Positions 36,548-49,865 are shown, counted from the stretch's first letter. The stretch is 64,000 nucleotides of DNA from Camelus ferus (GCF_009834535.1 NC_045697.1:110672001-110736000), one strand, 5' to 3'. Notes: generated by a model not told the origin, from the letters alone. Program-made: numbers and translations.

Positions 36548-38889
36548 AGCGTCTCTAACCAGAGGAGGGCTGGAATGACTCCATTTCAATTCCAAGTTGC
36601 TAGCTGAAATAAAATGAAAGGTGAAATATTGTATTTTACCAATGCCCTTGCATTTTCCCTGAGCACAGAGATTCTTAACCCAAAGAATTTACTGAGAAAG
36701 ACAAATGTGAGCTCGATCCCAGTTAAGCAGAAAGGAAAATGAACAATGGAGAAAAGCCAAATATTCATAAAATGCAGCAATTCCCTAAAGGAATCATCAT
36801 TATGCAAGCAATGAGCACATTATACATGTGTTTCATTAAAAATTTAATGGGGAGTTTAGACTTTTAAAAGCTTTGTCTTATCATTTCTATTACAAAACTT
36901 GTATATCTAACTTCTAAACTAGCTCCCTGACAGCAGTAAATTTCAAAACATTCTCAAATGTGACATTCCCTTTGCTACACATGCCATGTTGCAGCCTTAG
37001 GAGATAATTTCATATTGAATCCCAAAGATTTCATCTTCTTATTTTTTAAAAAATGGCTTCAAAGTCACCACCATTCAAATACCAAAAACTTTCTCTAGAT
37101 TCAGAGAAATAAAACAAAAGCTGTGTTATAAACATCTTCATTAAACAAAAGATATGCAGAATAATGTGTTCTCTTACCTCATTATAACTGACAAGTATTA
37201 AAAAACAGATTTTACTTAGGACAACTGAGGTTTTGGTTTTTTAAAAAACATACTTTATACTCAAGGTCCAGATTGATTTTAATAACTGTGGATGTAGTTG
37301 CTTTCAAAAGAATTTGTGGTTCAAGTATGCAAATTGCTTTTAAAAAATAACAGTACATACAGAACTTCTGTCTGACATTTTCTTTGTCTGTTTCTTCTAG
37401 CTTCTTCTGTTCCTTTCAAATTTCTACCAATTCCTTCCAAATTCTTTCTAAGTTTCTGTTTCCAGACCTTTTCGCTAAAGCACAATAAATCTGCTTCCAG
37501 CAAATATCCTCATAGTCTAGGTTCAAACATACAGGGGAAAAATGATTAGAAGACAGAGTATATGTACTTTCTTATAGTGTACTAACGAAATTGGCTTTTG
37601 TTCCTTTCACTTTTTTCTTAGTCAATTACCTCGGCCATACAAAACCCAAAACATTTATTTCCAGATCTCCTGGCTTTTACACTTTTTATCGCTACGTTTT
37701 GTCCACTTGGGTCGACAGGGTCAAAAATGTTACAGCCATTTATGGACAAGTTGCAATGTTGACTCCCTCTCTGCTCCTGCTAATCACTCTGTGGCTTTTG
37801 CAGAAGCAGTATAGGTATTACCAATATGCTGTTAGTTGACTAGCACTGTCACTAAGAAACTTACCCTCAGACTTGACATTTTACTATTACTAATTAATTT
37901 TTTTGACAAGGATTAATCTCTCTGTGTGGTCCATATTGGAAAAAAAATTTAATTACTGTGGGAAAGTTAACCCTTCAGAGAGTTAGAGAAAGAAGCAGCT
38001 CAGATCCGTTTTACTCTTCCTTTCAAACTTAAGTAAAAAGTGTATTTGTTCTATGTATTTATTTTATGTCCTCTGCTTCCTCTTGCTAGGTAAATTTTTC
38101 AAGACAAGACCAAAATTTGATTTTTTTATCATGAATTCTTAACACAGTATAATGCTAATGATCATTTATATAATGGTAATTCTCTAAACAGACACATATT
38201 AATTAGGAATTCAATTTTCAGTTCATACTTGACCTGTCAGAAAAATACAGGTATTGTTATTCTTACTTACCTTATCTTTTAAGATCCAAAAGGAAATGGA
38301 ATTTACTAGGCCAGGGACATCCCTTCAGAAATAATTGGCTTAAGATTGAGAAATGACTAGTGGTTACATGTAAGAGATTTTAAGTGATGTGAATGTTAAA
38401 GAAGAGATTATAAAAATACAGTGTCCAATCAGTAATGCCTGAGGAAAAATGATTGAAAGCATTTTTAACTGTAAATTATTTTAGAAAATATGGAATTCCC
38501 TTTGTTATGAGCAAAATATTAAATATTCATAGTACAATGCTCATTTATCAACTGTAATCAACATTCTGTAAAACTGTTGTGAAATGATCAGAGCATGTTA
38601 ACTACCTAATTAAATATAAATTTGACTAAAATGAAGTATATCATGTTAAATGAAGTTTAATTTAGATCAATTTACATGTAATTAAGTTGAAGGGAGCTTT
38701 CACCAAATATAGATCTTATAATTCATCTATGCACTCATCCATTTATTACATGAAGATATTTTTTACATATCAGTTTTAAATTTTCTTTGATTTTTCTATA
38801 AGCACCTATCATATACCAGACACTTTGCCAGTGGTGGCTGTTACAGAGCAGTTTAGACAAAGGAAGGAAGTAACGAGCTCATTCTGGAC

Positions 38890-39130
38890 CTTCATAACTC
38901 TGCCCAAATGTCCCCTTCTCAAGTCTCCCCTGACTGCCCTACCTAAGTTAGGTTCTACAGTAATTGCTATGTCACTGTTCGTATGTCTCCTTTGTAGGAC
39001 TTACCACTAGCTGTTTGTCTACTTGTATATTAGATTTCTGCCTTCTGCAATGTAAGCCTTGTGAAGGCAGGCTGTTTATATGTCTTAGTAGTATCGTGCC
39101 TAAAATGCATTAGCTTCTCATCTAATGCAT
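38890..39130 (+). mobile_element. L2 3' fragment
   Basis: 'ctgtttgtctacttgt...aatgtaagccttgtgaaggcaggctgttt...gtgcctaaaa'. Confidence 0.6.
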
Positions 39131-39322
39131 GAAAGAGACATGTGTTAGTTAAGTTAGTATTACCTTGATGGCTTAAGATAAACAAATTTCTCTTAATGAC
39201 ATAAAGTACAGTTGGAGTCAAACAATCAGCCATTCTGTAAGAACTGAATCATGTACCCCTATCTAGATGCCAGAATACATATTAATACGTGTTATAGAGA
39301 CACATGCTCACACATGTCATAC

Positions 39323-39834
39323 TGTAATAGGATAAATCTGACTCCATATTAGATCTGTTCTTTAGCCTTAACCCTGTGCTCTGTTTCCTGGGCTCAGTCA
39401 TGCTGGTTCTTCACCTTTTGTAAAAGAATGTTGCCTGTAGCCTGAAATATACAGGATAACCTATTTTCAAGGTTCTAACCTTTAAGGCTATTAATACTTT
39501 TCCATTCATATAAAGATAATAAGTTGCAGAATAGAAAATAACATTTGTTTTGTTGGAGGTTTACAGGGACATCATGATCTGACCCACGTGGACAGCTGCA
39601 AGAACAAAGGATTCAGACACCAAGAAGTTTGCAACAACCAACACCCCCCTCCCCCCTCCATTTAAAAGAAACCTGAATTCTGATTCAGGGAAGATGGTTC
39701 TCTAGGACATTAGTCTGCCATCTTCTCAGTCTACTGGTTTTCTCAATAAAGTCATTATTCCTTGCCCCAACACCTTGTCTCCCAATTTATTGGCCCGTTG
39801 TGCAGTGAGCAGAATGAGTTTGGACTTAGTAACA
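39323..39834 (+). mobile_element. ERV1-type solo LTR, copy 2 of 3
   Basis: TGTAATAG...AGTAACA; near-TSD atac/atgc; homologous to 18332-18846. Confidence 0.9.
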
Positions 39835-39840
39835 ATGCAG

Positions 39841-40151
39841 AGCTATACACTGAATGTTTGTGTCCCCCCAAATTCATATGTTGAAGCCTAATGCTTTGGG
39901 AGGTGCTTGGGTCTTGATGGTGGAACTCTCATTAATGGGCTAAGCACCCTTATAAAAGAAACCCCAGAAAACTCCCTCACCCCTTCCACCATGTGAGGAC
40001 ACAGCAAAAAAGAAAGCCCTCTATAACCCAGGAAATGAGCCCTGGCCAGACACCAAATCTGCCTGCAACCAGACTGTAAGAAATGCTTCTGATGTTTATA
40101 AACCACCCAGTCTATGGCATTTTTGTTACAGCAGCACCAAAGGACTAAGAC
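39841..40151 (+). mobile_element. MLT1A-like MaLR solo LTR
   Basis: 'ctgaatgtttgtgtccccccaaattcatatgttgaagcctaa', 'ccaccatgtgaggacacag', 'ccacccagtctatggca', end 'gactaagac'. Confidence 0.9.
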
Positions 40152-41212
40152 TTAGAAGTACATATTCACACATGCTATGAATGTTAGCGTTACCACATAT
40201 TATGGAGGTACATGCTAATACACACTACAGAGGCACATGGTAACATTTGTTATGGAGGTACGTGTTAACACGTTACAGAGGCACATGTTAAAGCAGACTA
40301 TGGGGATAGAGGGTAACACAGTTATGGAGGTACCTGTTAGCATGTGTTAGCATGTGTTACGGAGGAACACGCTGACACAGGCAAGGAGGTGCGTGTTAAC
40401 CCGTGTTGTACGTGTGCACGTTAATGCATGCTATGGAAGTTCGCGCTCATACACGTCATGGATGCACATAACAACACACGCCACAGAGACACGTGATAGC
40501 GCATGTCGTGGAGGTACATATTAAGAGCTGAGGAAACACTAGGGATCAATCGACCACTTTCCTTAGGAGATAGTAGATGACGTTTGACTTGGTCTTACAT
40601 GACAAATTAAAGTTTTCTAGGCAAATTTTTTCAAATTCTAATCACGTGTCTGCATTTTTTTCTGTTTAGCACCTTGGCAGGTTTAAAAAAAAATAAAATG
40701 AAATAATCATAGAAAGTGGTCCTTAAAGAGAATTCGGTCTAATATCTTTGAGATGCTTATTGACACACAGAGTTAGTAATTATAGATTTCTGAGCCCGAC
40801 TGTATTTGTGAGCAGGTACAGAACCAGTACCTAAGGCATTCCAGTGTCCCTTTTACAGCAAAGACTGCATAATGTTCCCCTAACACCCAAAGCTTCCAGG
40901 AAGGAGCATATACCATGAGTGGCTTTGAAGTTCATGAATGTCTAATAGATTTTGGACTTTGGTAGAGACCTTTCTTAAAAAATGAAAAATTCTTTGAATA
41001 TATACAGTATTGCTGCATAATGTAAAACTAAGCTCAGTCAGAGCAATTTTTTTAAATTATAAAGTGTTCCTTAAATGTACCATTAATGCATTGCATGACC
41101 TTACTGAGGCAAATATGCATAATGTTACTCTTGAAATTACATAAAGGTGGGTACACCGGGCTCAGCAAAATATATCAATTACTGAAGGACCTTTTTTCCT
41201 ACTCTGAATAGG

Positions 41213-41622
41213 TGTAATAGAAAACAACAACCTTTTGCTTTAACCCTGCGCCCTGTTTTCTAGGCTTCGTCTTGCTAGCTCTGCACTCGCATGAAGATAA
41301 CAAGTTGCAGAACAGAGAATAACATTTGCTTTGTTGGAGGTTTTGCAGGAGCACCATGAGCTGGCCCACGTGGACAGCTGCAGGAACAAAGAATTCCTAC
41401 ACCAAGAAGTTTGCAACAACCAACCACACCCCCTCCCCTGTTTGTTCGTATAAAAGGAGCCTGTATTCTGACTAGAGCAGGATAGTTCTCCAAGACATCA
41501 GTCTGCCATCCTCTCAGTCTGCCGGTTTTCCGAATAAAGTCACTATTCCTTGCCCCAGCGCCTTGTCTCCTAATTTATTAGCCTGTCGTGCAGCGAGCAG
41601 AATGAGTTTGGACTCGGTAACA
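41213..41622 (+). mobile_element. ERV1-type solo LTR, copy 3 of 3 (shorter, CpG-richer)
   Basis: TGTAATAG...GGTAACA with perfect 4-bp TSD TAGG; lacks the ~95-bp block 'gttgcctatagcctgaaatatacagga...' present in copies 1 and 2. Confidence 0.95.
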
Positions 41623-44249
41623 TAGGTTCATCATAAAATCCTGAGATTCTAATTGACTTTTATATGCTTTTGACCAAATTAGAACCCAATTGCACACTGT
41701 ATGTTGACATTTCTTTCATGGAGTCAGAGAAATTTACTAAAAATGATAAAAAGAAATAATTCTTTTACTACTTGAACTGAAACGTTAGAGCAACTGACTC
41801 TTCATTCTTGTCTGATTGTGCACAGTGCTGCCAGCCACCCTCCTGCCCCGTATAATACATCCAGGAACACACAGGTGTGCTCCCCAACGGCTGGTCCTTG
41901 TGCACAATTTCAGCTTAGCATTGTACGTGGTAGACATTTTTGCTCTCAGTGAATGTCTCCGCTTTTAGCTTTGCCTTTGTCATTAGTCTGAAATTTTGGA
42001 ACACCTTATCTGACTATATGTGACCTTTGGTATCTCTTCAAGACTGTGATTTTTAGATTTGCCTATGGATTTGTTACTTTTGGCCACTTCAGGTGAACCT
42101 TCCACCTGAACTTTTCCACACCTGAGACACCTTCTCTTTAACTCTTTCTACATATCTCACCTGATGAGCAGACCCTGGACAAATTCTTTGCAGTGCAATT
42201 TGACATTGCTAGTGTGTAGAATATTAGTGATTTCCAATTGCCTTTAAGAAGATTATGTTTCCTTATCATGGAAATAATAAAGATGAGTTAAGTAAGTGAT
42301 ACTTAAAGGGCAATTATTTTTTAAAAAGGAGATGACATCAGTACTTGTAGTTCTGTGCTCTGTTTAAAAGAGATTTGATGACTATGGAATACCACCGTGA
42401 TGCTTCAGGACACAGTGGCACTGAGTATACGTCTCTTCAAGTCCTTAGAGAACTCCACTTCACATCAGCATATTGCTTCCACATTCTCAACTACATTTGG
42501 CTGTGAATAAACGAGTTTCTACATAGGACGTAAAATTGTCATAACATTGAGCTCTCTGCTTGCTCATTCTGGGAGATTTCTCGTTGCCACCAAGGAAGTT
42601 ATTCGAGAAATAAGTCAAAGTTACTGGATTGAGATGAACCGGCATAAAATATGACCTGAGGACCATGAGGGATTTACCAGTGTCTCTGTGTTACTGTGGT
42701 CTCATGGAGAAGCTTCTGTGAGTTCCTGCAGGTTGAGAGTTGGAGGAGGAAGTCATGACTGCATGGTCACACGTGCCATAAACCCCTCCGTCCTCTGCAG
42801 GTCAGCAGTCTCCTTGGCAACACATTTTCTCTCTTGCCTCTGGAAATTGTTATTGAGTAGAAACAATTTGGGTTGTTATAGCAATGAAGACGACTAAACT
42901 AGGGCCAAGAGGTAATTGGCTTTCTCCCCAGTAGGAAAAGAGCTCTCCCATGAAGGTACACCAGTCATTAGTTGAGCCTTTCTGTTACACTTGATGGCTG
43001 CATGGAGGCCCTCATGCTGAAGTCCCATACGCTGGGTTTGAAAATATCTTGGAAACCCAAGTGACTTCAGCCAGGAAAAGGACAATTCAATATTCATTGT
43101 AAGAACCAATTCTCGGAAAAATAAATCCAGAAGCAAGCATGGCTTATTTTCTACTTTGTTTTCTGTTAAACTGAAAGGACCATAATCTTATTAACTACCC
43201 CTTAGAAAATGGAACAGTGCAACACCACAATTATTTCACATTTTTGAAAGAACACAAGTTTGGGGAGACACTGTAAGTATTCAATTTGAATTACTGATAG
43301 AAAAAAAAATGTATTGAGTCAACCAAAAGTTTTTCTTGGAGTCTTGAAAGTAAGAGGAGGGAATATATTCAAGTAGATGATCATTTATGTAATTCTTGCC
43401 AGCTATTATTGCAAATGAGGTATTTCCCTGGCCTCTGAATCCACCTGGTAATGCAGCATTTTTATCATCGCCTAAAATCTCTCAGAGAATTACTGCTGAG
43501 CATCTCTGGGGATGTCACACATGAGGCCAGAAATATGTGCACCAGGTTCTGTTTTGACCTTTCCTAGATGCCCACTTCCCTCCACATCCCGAGAGGGCAT
43601 CTCACAACTACTACATCTGCTACTTCCTGCCCTGAGAACGCTAGCATCTGTATTAAGAATTCTAGTTCTTGATGCTCCAAATTAGCCCCTTGGGTATTGG
43701 GGTCCTCCATGCGCTGAAACGTGATGCCTTGTCATGAGGCAACAAGGCTCCCGCATCTCACAGAATCCTTGTGTAAACAGCTGCTTTTCAAGTTCTGTGT
43801 AGGGCTGGATTCTGTACCATGTCCTCATTCCTGCAGGTGATTCAGTGTTTGGGTTAAAAGAAAATAATGTTTGATGTTTGGAAAGAGGCATTTGTGGAGG
43901 AACAAACTTGCCCTAGGCCACTACAAAAAATTTCTTTCTGTGTCCCAATGGGGGAAAGTGATAATATACCTGCTGTATTATGAAATCCATAAAACAGTGA
44001 GTTTTTTGTTGTCATTGTCCCCTACATATTGCTAGGGGCTCTGGGTATTACATAGAGATCAATGGTTAAGCCCAGGTTCTGATTATTTTATTAGGCAATA
44101 GAAGCCTTACAGGGCAGACCAAGTTCTGTCTGTTACTGCAGGCTTAGGTTTTACTGGGACCAGCATAATATTGGCTCAAATCTATTAACCTCTCTCAAAA
44201 TGAAACTGATTACAAGCTTACTAGTACTGTGTGTGTGTGTTTTTTTTTA

Positions 44250-44791
44250 AATTATATCAACTCCAAAACCCCATGCCCATTTTGCCCATCATTCCCTATC
44301 ATCTCCTGGCACTACACCTGCTCTTCCCTACTTTTCACTGCAATTGAGGGGCCGGGAGTCTGCAAATTATATTATCTAGTGTCTCTTGTCTTGTTATCTT
44401 CTACAAACAAAAGTCTCTAGTAGAAATTCAGAGGAGAGAGGGAACAAAAATGGTTTATTTCTTCCTCTCTGTTGCTTGGAATATTTCTAGAATATTTCTA
44501 GTTGTAGCCCTTCACCAACTCCAGCTTTGGCCACCGAGACCTTCCTCCATGGTTCCAGCACCAAATGGCCTAGCCCCATATGTATACTCAGGAAACATCC
44601 TCTCTTTTGTTTCCATAGACCTAAGAGTCATAAGCAATTTTCTTGCATTACTAATATCTGGGCTGCCTCTCCATTCCCCTTTAGCTCTTCAGCTTTTTCA
44701 ACATCTGTGTCACAAATTTCCTGTATCACATTTCCTCCACTTGAAACACCTAATTGGTTTCTGTTTTCCTAAATGGATCCTGACTAATACA
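44250..44791 (+). mobile_element. LTR33-like ERVL LTR
   Basis: 'ggagtctgcaaattatatt', 'cattactaatatctgggctgcctc', 'ttgaaacacctaattggtttctgttttcct...cctgactaataca'. Confidence 0.75.
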
Positions 44792-44940
44792 CGGAGTGAA
44801 TGGGGGCGTCTTCTGCATTCCAGGCCCAAGTGGAGAGGATACTAGAAGATGGCTAAACAACTTCTCAGATTTGATATTAATGACACTGGTCAAGAAAAGG
44901 CCACTCATTGGGCAGAAAGTAGAGAATACAATTCACTGCC

Positions 44941-44957
44941 CAGGAAGTGAGTCAGCA
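44941..44957 (+). promoter_or_regulatory. Overlapping ETS (CAGGAAGT) and AP-1/CNC-sMAF (TGAGTCAGCA) motifs
   Basis: Sequence CAGGAAGTGAGTCAGCA; motif match only. Confidence 0.3.
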
Positions 44958-45389
44958 GAACAATGCTCATGAAATTTCTTAGTTATCTGGCAAGTCATGT
45001 TGCTCTACAAGTTCATGGATTTGTCCAAGATCTCTACATATTGAACAGCTGTCATTCCCAAACAACTGTAAAAAGTTGCCATCTGAATCCAGATGACTGT
45101 GTAGACTATGATTCTGTACAGTCAAGGATGCTCTCATCCTAGAACTATAAGAAGAGACAGTGACTGAGGAAGAATGTTCTATAGACCATCTCGCAGCAAC
45201 CAGGATCGATCTACTCCTCTGTGGGAGGATAACACGTGGGGAATCCACACCATCCCTTTATTTTCTGCTGGGCTTGGCCTCTTGAGTTTCCTTTTTCCCT
45301 CAAAGAAAAATTATTCCTCAATCTATTCCATTTGACATTTTGTTATCTAGCCTAAACACACGAAGACCTAGATAGGGCCAAAAATCACA

Positions 45390-45660
45390 TGACTGGCATG
45401 CTCAAACTCATTAATAATTAGAGGGATGAAACTACAATAATAGTAAGATGTCACTTTAAACCTATAGAATTGGCAAATATTAGAAAGCTTGATAATGCTG
45501 TGCTAGTGGGACGTGGGGATACACAACTACCCCGTATGGATAATAGGAGCAGTGTGGGAGGAATTATTCAAATTAAGCACACAGATACCCAATAACCCAC
45601 CTTCTCCTTGGGCATTTATCCTTGAGAAATGTTCACACAGATACTTCAGAGGGCACAGGT
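45390..45660 (+). mobile_element. Old L1M ORF2 C-terminal fragment
   Basis: 'atgctcaaactcattaataattagagg', 'tagaattggcaaatattagaaagcttgataat', 'ttgggcatttatcc'. Confidence 0.7.
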
Positions 45661-45665
45661 AGATA

Positions 45666-45723
45666 TCCATCCATCCATCCATCCACCCATCCATCCACCC
45701 ATCCATCCATCCACCCATCCATC
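45666..45723. repeat. (CCAT)n/(CCAC) microsatellite
   Basis: Read directly. Confidence 0.95.
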
Positions 45724-46237
45724 GTGGATGCCTCCTCCAAGCTGAGCACCTGCTTCCTTTGGGGTTTTTTAATCCAGAAGAAATCTGTTAGTCCTTATGT
45801 CATGGGCAAAAAATTAAATTTCAACTTACATACATATTTTCTGAGGGTGGTCAATAAATTACTTTGAATTATAGTAATATTATCTTGAGATAAAATTATC
45901 TGGAATTAAAGGAATGGAAACACAAGATCAAAGATTAAAGGAATGATGTAAAATTTCTGACTGTCCAAACAAGGTCAATGGATTAACTGAAAGGGTAGAC
46001 ATCAAACTGCTGTGTTCTTTAGAGTCCTCTGGATACGTTTAAAAGAGTAATACAAAAAAGTTATTTCAAGATATCAGTATTTATAATGTGTCAGAAATTG
46101 CATCTTTTATAAATATTTAAATTCATCATAATAAAAGATTTGAGGTCAACTTTCAAATGGGTGAGGCAACACTCTTTTTCAAAATTCTTTTAGAGTGTTT
46201 GAGATGAAAAACTTTGAAGGCTTCAAAATTTACAGCC

Positions 46238-46385
46238 CTGACACTCAATGATGGCTATGCGTTAGAATCACTTTGGGGCATTTTAAAAGCGTTGATGCCT
46301 GGAAGCACTGATTGTTTTAGGGTGGGTCCTGGGCATGCAGATGTAGAAGCAGCCCAAGAGCTGCTGATACTGCTCCCGGAGGCTG
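46238..46385. mobile_element. MER5-like hAT-Charlie MITE
   Basis: 'gttagaatcactttggggcattttaaaa...tgatgcctgg...ggtgggtcctgggcat'. Confidence 0.55.
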
Positions 46386-46534
46386 CGTTTAAGGAAGTCA
46401 TTTAGCCACTGAAGCCTCTGTCAGGGCTGGTGTGAAAATGCATTGCTTCCTGCCATCCAAAATATTTAGCAAATAAAATTCATCCAAAGTAAGATAAAAT
46501 TATTATTTAATAGAATTTCGACTCACTAAATGTG

Positions 46535-46684
46535 TGTTTTGAAAACGGAAATACTGAAGGAAAATACGCTGAAATGTTAGTAGTGATAAAATTAACTCAG
46601 GATTGCAGAAGAGGTTTTCTTTCTCTTAATACTTCCCTATTTTTTAATGATAAATGTATATGATTTTTTTTCTAATCAGAAAAA
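46535..46684 (+). mobile_element. L1ME-type 3' end
   Basis: 'actgaaggaaaatacgctgaaatgttagtagtg...tttctaatcagaaaaa'. Confidence 0.55.
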
Positions 46685-47599
46685 GAGTACACTCCAAAGA
46701 CAAATTATGCGTTCCTCTTAAAAATAAGTTTGCTGCATTTAATTCCATCCCGAGAGCCCAGACACAAGAGTAAATCACATCACCAACGCTGCTGCTTGTG
46801 ATTGACAGGTCTTTGATTCCTTGTGATCCTATACGATGCAAGTATATTAAACGAGTGAAAGTAAGGATTTTTTAGGCATCCTTTCCTCTGGTTTCATTGT
46901 GATCATAACTTGATTTACCAATTAAGGAAAAAATAATAAAAAGGCAAAAAGAGTGACCACCTGTCAGTATAAAGCCATGCATTTATCAAGTTGTTGCTAT
47001 TCACAATGATTATTTCAAAAGAAAATTTTCTACCTTTTTTTTAATCTCCATGCTTTTTCTATCAATAAACGTATTCTTCTTTCACTTAATTGCAAAAGGC
47101 TGTTTTTTCTTCAAAGGATGCGTTTTTTATGCTCACTGATTATGAAGGCACCATCTCTATGGAGACCCACATGCAGAATGTAGGGGTCAGGAAGACATAA
47201 GGCTGTTTTTCTTGGAAGTGACCTTTCTCCATGCAGTACTTTAAATACATGTTAGATTTTGTTTGCTCAAATAGAATATAAATTAATTTCTTTGAAAATC
47301 AAGCTCTCTGAAAATAAATCAAAATGCCTCTTTGGTGCCTTGATCTCAGATCAATCTGGCTAAATTTTTGATTTTTCATGAAAGTAAATTAAAGTGCATA
47401 ATATATGTGCAAAACACAACACACGCACAAAGCTTGTCACTCCCTTTGGTCTCAATGTAAGGGTTCAGAAAGTTCCTTTGTGACGGTTACTACTTTAAAA
47501 CTATCATCTATGCACATCATTTTCTTGTTCCCCAAATTCTTGCTTTTTTTTCTTTCCATGTCTTTGTATGTGTTACTCTCTGGAGCTGCAGGAACAGGG

Positions 47600-47810
47600 C
47601 GAAAGGAATAAGCATGTGCTTTGGGGTCATATAGATGTGAGTTCAAACCCTTTTTATAGTTTATGAATTAGATGGCCCGGGGAAAGTTATTCATGCTCCT
47701 TGAGCCTCCATTCCATCATCCTTAATATAAGAATGGCTACAGTGATGATATCACGGAATTCTGAGACAATTATTTTCAAGGACTTAGTAAGTATTCAAAA
47801 GCTTTTAGTT
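47600..47810 (+). mobile_element. MIR SINE
   Basis: 'gctttggggtcatatagatgtgagttcaaaccc', 'aagttattca...tgagcctcc'. Confidence 0.65.
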
Positions 47811-47824
47811 TTTCTTTCTCACCC

Positions 47825-48178
47825 TGTCTTAGTCCATTTGGACTGCTGAAACAAAAATACCATAGATTGAGTGACTTAACAACAGAAATTTATTTCCACG
47901 GTTCTGGAGGCTGGAAAGTCTAAGTTCAAGGTGCTGGCGGATTTGGTGTCTGGGTGTCTAGTGAGAGCCTCCTTCCTGCTTCATAGACAGCTGTCTTAGT
48001 GGCGTGTCCTCTTGGGGCAGAAGGGACGAGGGTCCTTTCTGTAAAGGCGTTAATCCCATTCATTTGGGCTGCATCTCTTGACCTAATCACCTTTGGAAGA
48101 CCCCATCTCCAGATACCATCAGATTGGGTGGTAGGATTTAATAGGAATTGTGGGGCACAGAAACATTTAGTCTATAGA
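47825..48178 (-). mobile_element. MLT1A-like MaLR solo LTR
   Basis: 'tgtcttagtccatttggactgct...aacaacagaaatttatttc...ttctggaggctggaaagtc', end 'aacatttagtctatag'. Confidence 0.9.
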
Positions 48179-49865
48179 CTCCTCCTCCAACTCTTGTATT
48201 TTTACAGAACACATAGGCTTTAGATAATAAAAAGTGAGAGCATTGTCTCGGGCATTCAGGGAAGAAGGGGTGGCATGGAAGAGCAGGACCAGTTCTTATC
48301 TGTGGGCAATTGAAAGGTCAAGGACATCTTGGCTTCAAAGTGCTTCTAAGTTTCACCTCCCTCTTTTTGAAATTTAGAGATGGGAACATTCACAAATTGG
48401 ATCAGTTTTTTGCCCTGGGCCAAGGTCAAAAATAAGACACTCCCAGACTGGTGAATTCTTCCACCATAAATCATTAAGCATCATCTCTTTCTCTCTCTCT
48501 TTTTTAAAATTTATTTAACAAATCCCCTTCTCTTATGTTTTTTTCAGCCTCACCTACCAAATTTCTGTCTTCTCTCTTACATGTTTACTGTCAGAGTAAC
48601 ATAAATCAAAAGCATAATTACCAAAAAAGAGACATTTTAGGTAAATAAGAAACAGGGTCCATTCAATTTTCCTGGCATCCCACTACATGCTGACTTTAAT
48701 AAGAATTAAAAACATCTCAGCCAGAGCATGACAAAGGCTCATGAATATGAGACTTGGGGTCAAAGTTGCAAGTTGCTCACATGAGCCTTCTTCCCATCTA
48801 GAGCTTAAGCTTTCCTCAATTTTACTCCAAATAGTTTATCCAGGAGTGATGAAAGTAATCCAGGAGAAAACATGAATAATTTAAACTATCTACTGAACAA
48901 CCTGAGTAGAGATACTGTGAAAACCTTGAGATTCCTCACAAGAAAGAAACCACATTAATCCTCAGGTGTGTCATCATGAAGATGATGATCTAAGGGGAAA
49001 AATGCCCATATTAATTTTGCTATGACAGATCTTTAAAAATTTTTTTCTGTCCTGCAACAAAATAAGTTTCTATGGATATGTTTTGCTCATCTGAAAAAGA
49101 AAAAAAAAAGTGCTAATAAAGAGTGTACTTTTCATGTCTCCCTGGTTACCTAAATGTTAAATGTTAAATTGTAGATAACTTGAGTGATCTAAACTTCAAG
49201 AGTTGGAAGCAGCCTCAAATTCAATTATATCCTAATTATTGACTTGGCTAATTACTTAAATAAAATGTTTTCTTTACAAAAGGAGTCACTAATTAGGGAA
49301 AAGAAATGTTAACAATTTTGTTTTGATTGGTTATATTTTTACACTGAAATAAGCTTATGGTTTTCAACAGTATGAAGATGAACAAAGGAAAGACTCATTT
49401 CATTTTTTTAAACATATGACTACAAAATTTGTTCCATTTACAAAACATCCCACAGTAAGTAAGCGTGGACACGTGCACAATACTCAGACTGCATTCTGGT
49501 TCCAACCCCAGCCTGAGCTATACCTTGTTCAGAAGGTAAATGGATCTCTTGTTTTCTTGCCTGTCTTGTTTATTGCTTCTTCATTCCCTTGTTCATGATA
49601 CTGGAAGGCAAGAAAGGAGAAAGACTCAAATGCTGAGTGTTTTGTTTTGTTTTTGTTTCTTAGCACTTCTGGCTCAAATTGGAGACACTGAAAGTACAGG
49701 AAAGATGAGACTAAGCAGGAAAAGATGGAGCATGAAGCAGGCTGAGGAGAGGGGGTTGGATTATGCTTAGCAGCGGGCTGCTTATAGAAAAGAGGAATTG
49801 TGTCAGGAATGAAGGCAGAAGGACGTAATCCAGGCACATACAGGAAAGAAAAAATGAAGCGAGAC

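Larger units (their letters stand above)
39270..40524. repeat. Degenerate ~25-bp minisatellite interrupted by two LTRs (units at 39270-39322 and 40152-40524)
   Basis: Approximate consensus TTATGGAGGTACATGTTAACACATG; ~15 units right of the LTRs, ~2 left. Confidence 0.8.

Noticed and set aside
40152..40524. CRISPR-like array
   Set aside because: Contiguous degenerate units without unique spacers, no cas genes, mammalian context.
39323..41622. Two-LTR provirus
   Set aside because: Each LTR has its own TSD, they differ structurally, and the interior is MLT1A, minisatellite and unique DNA.
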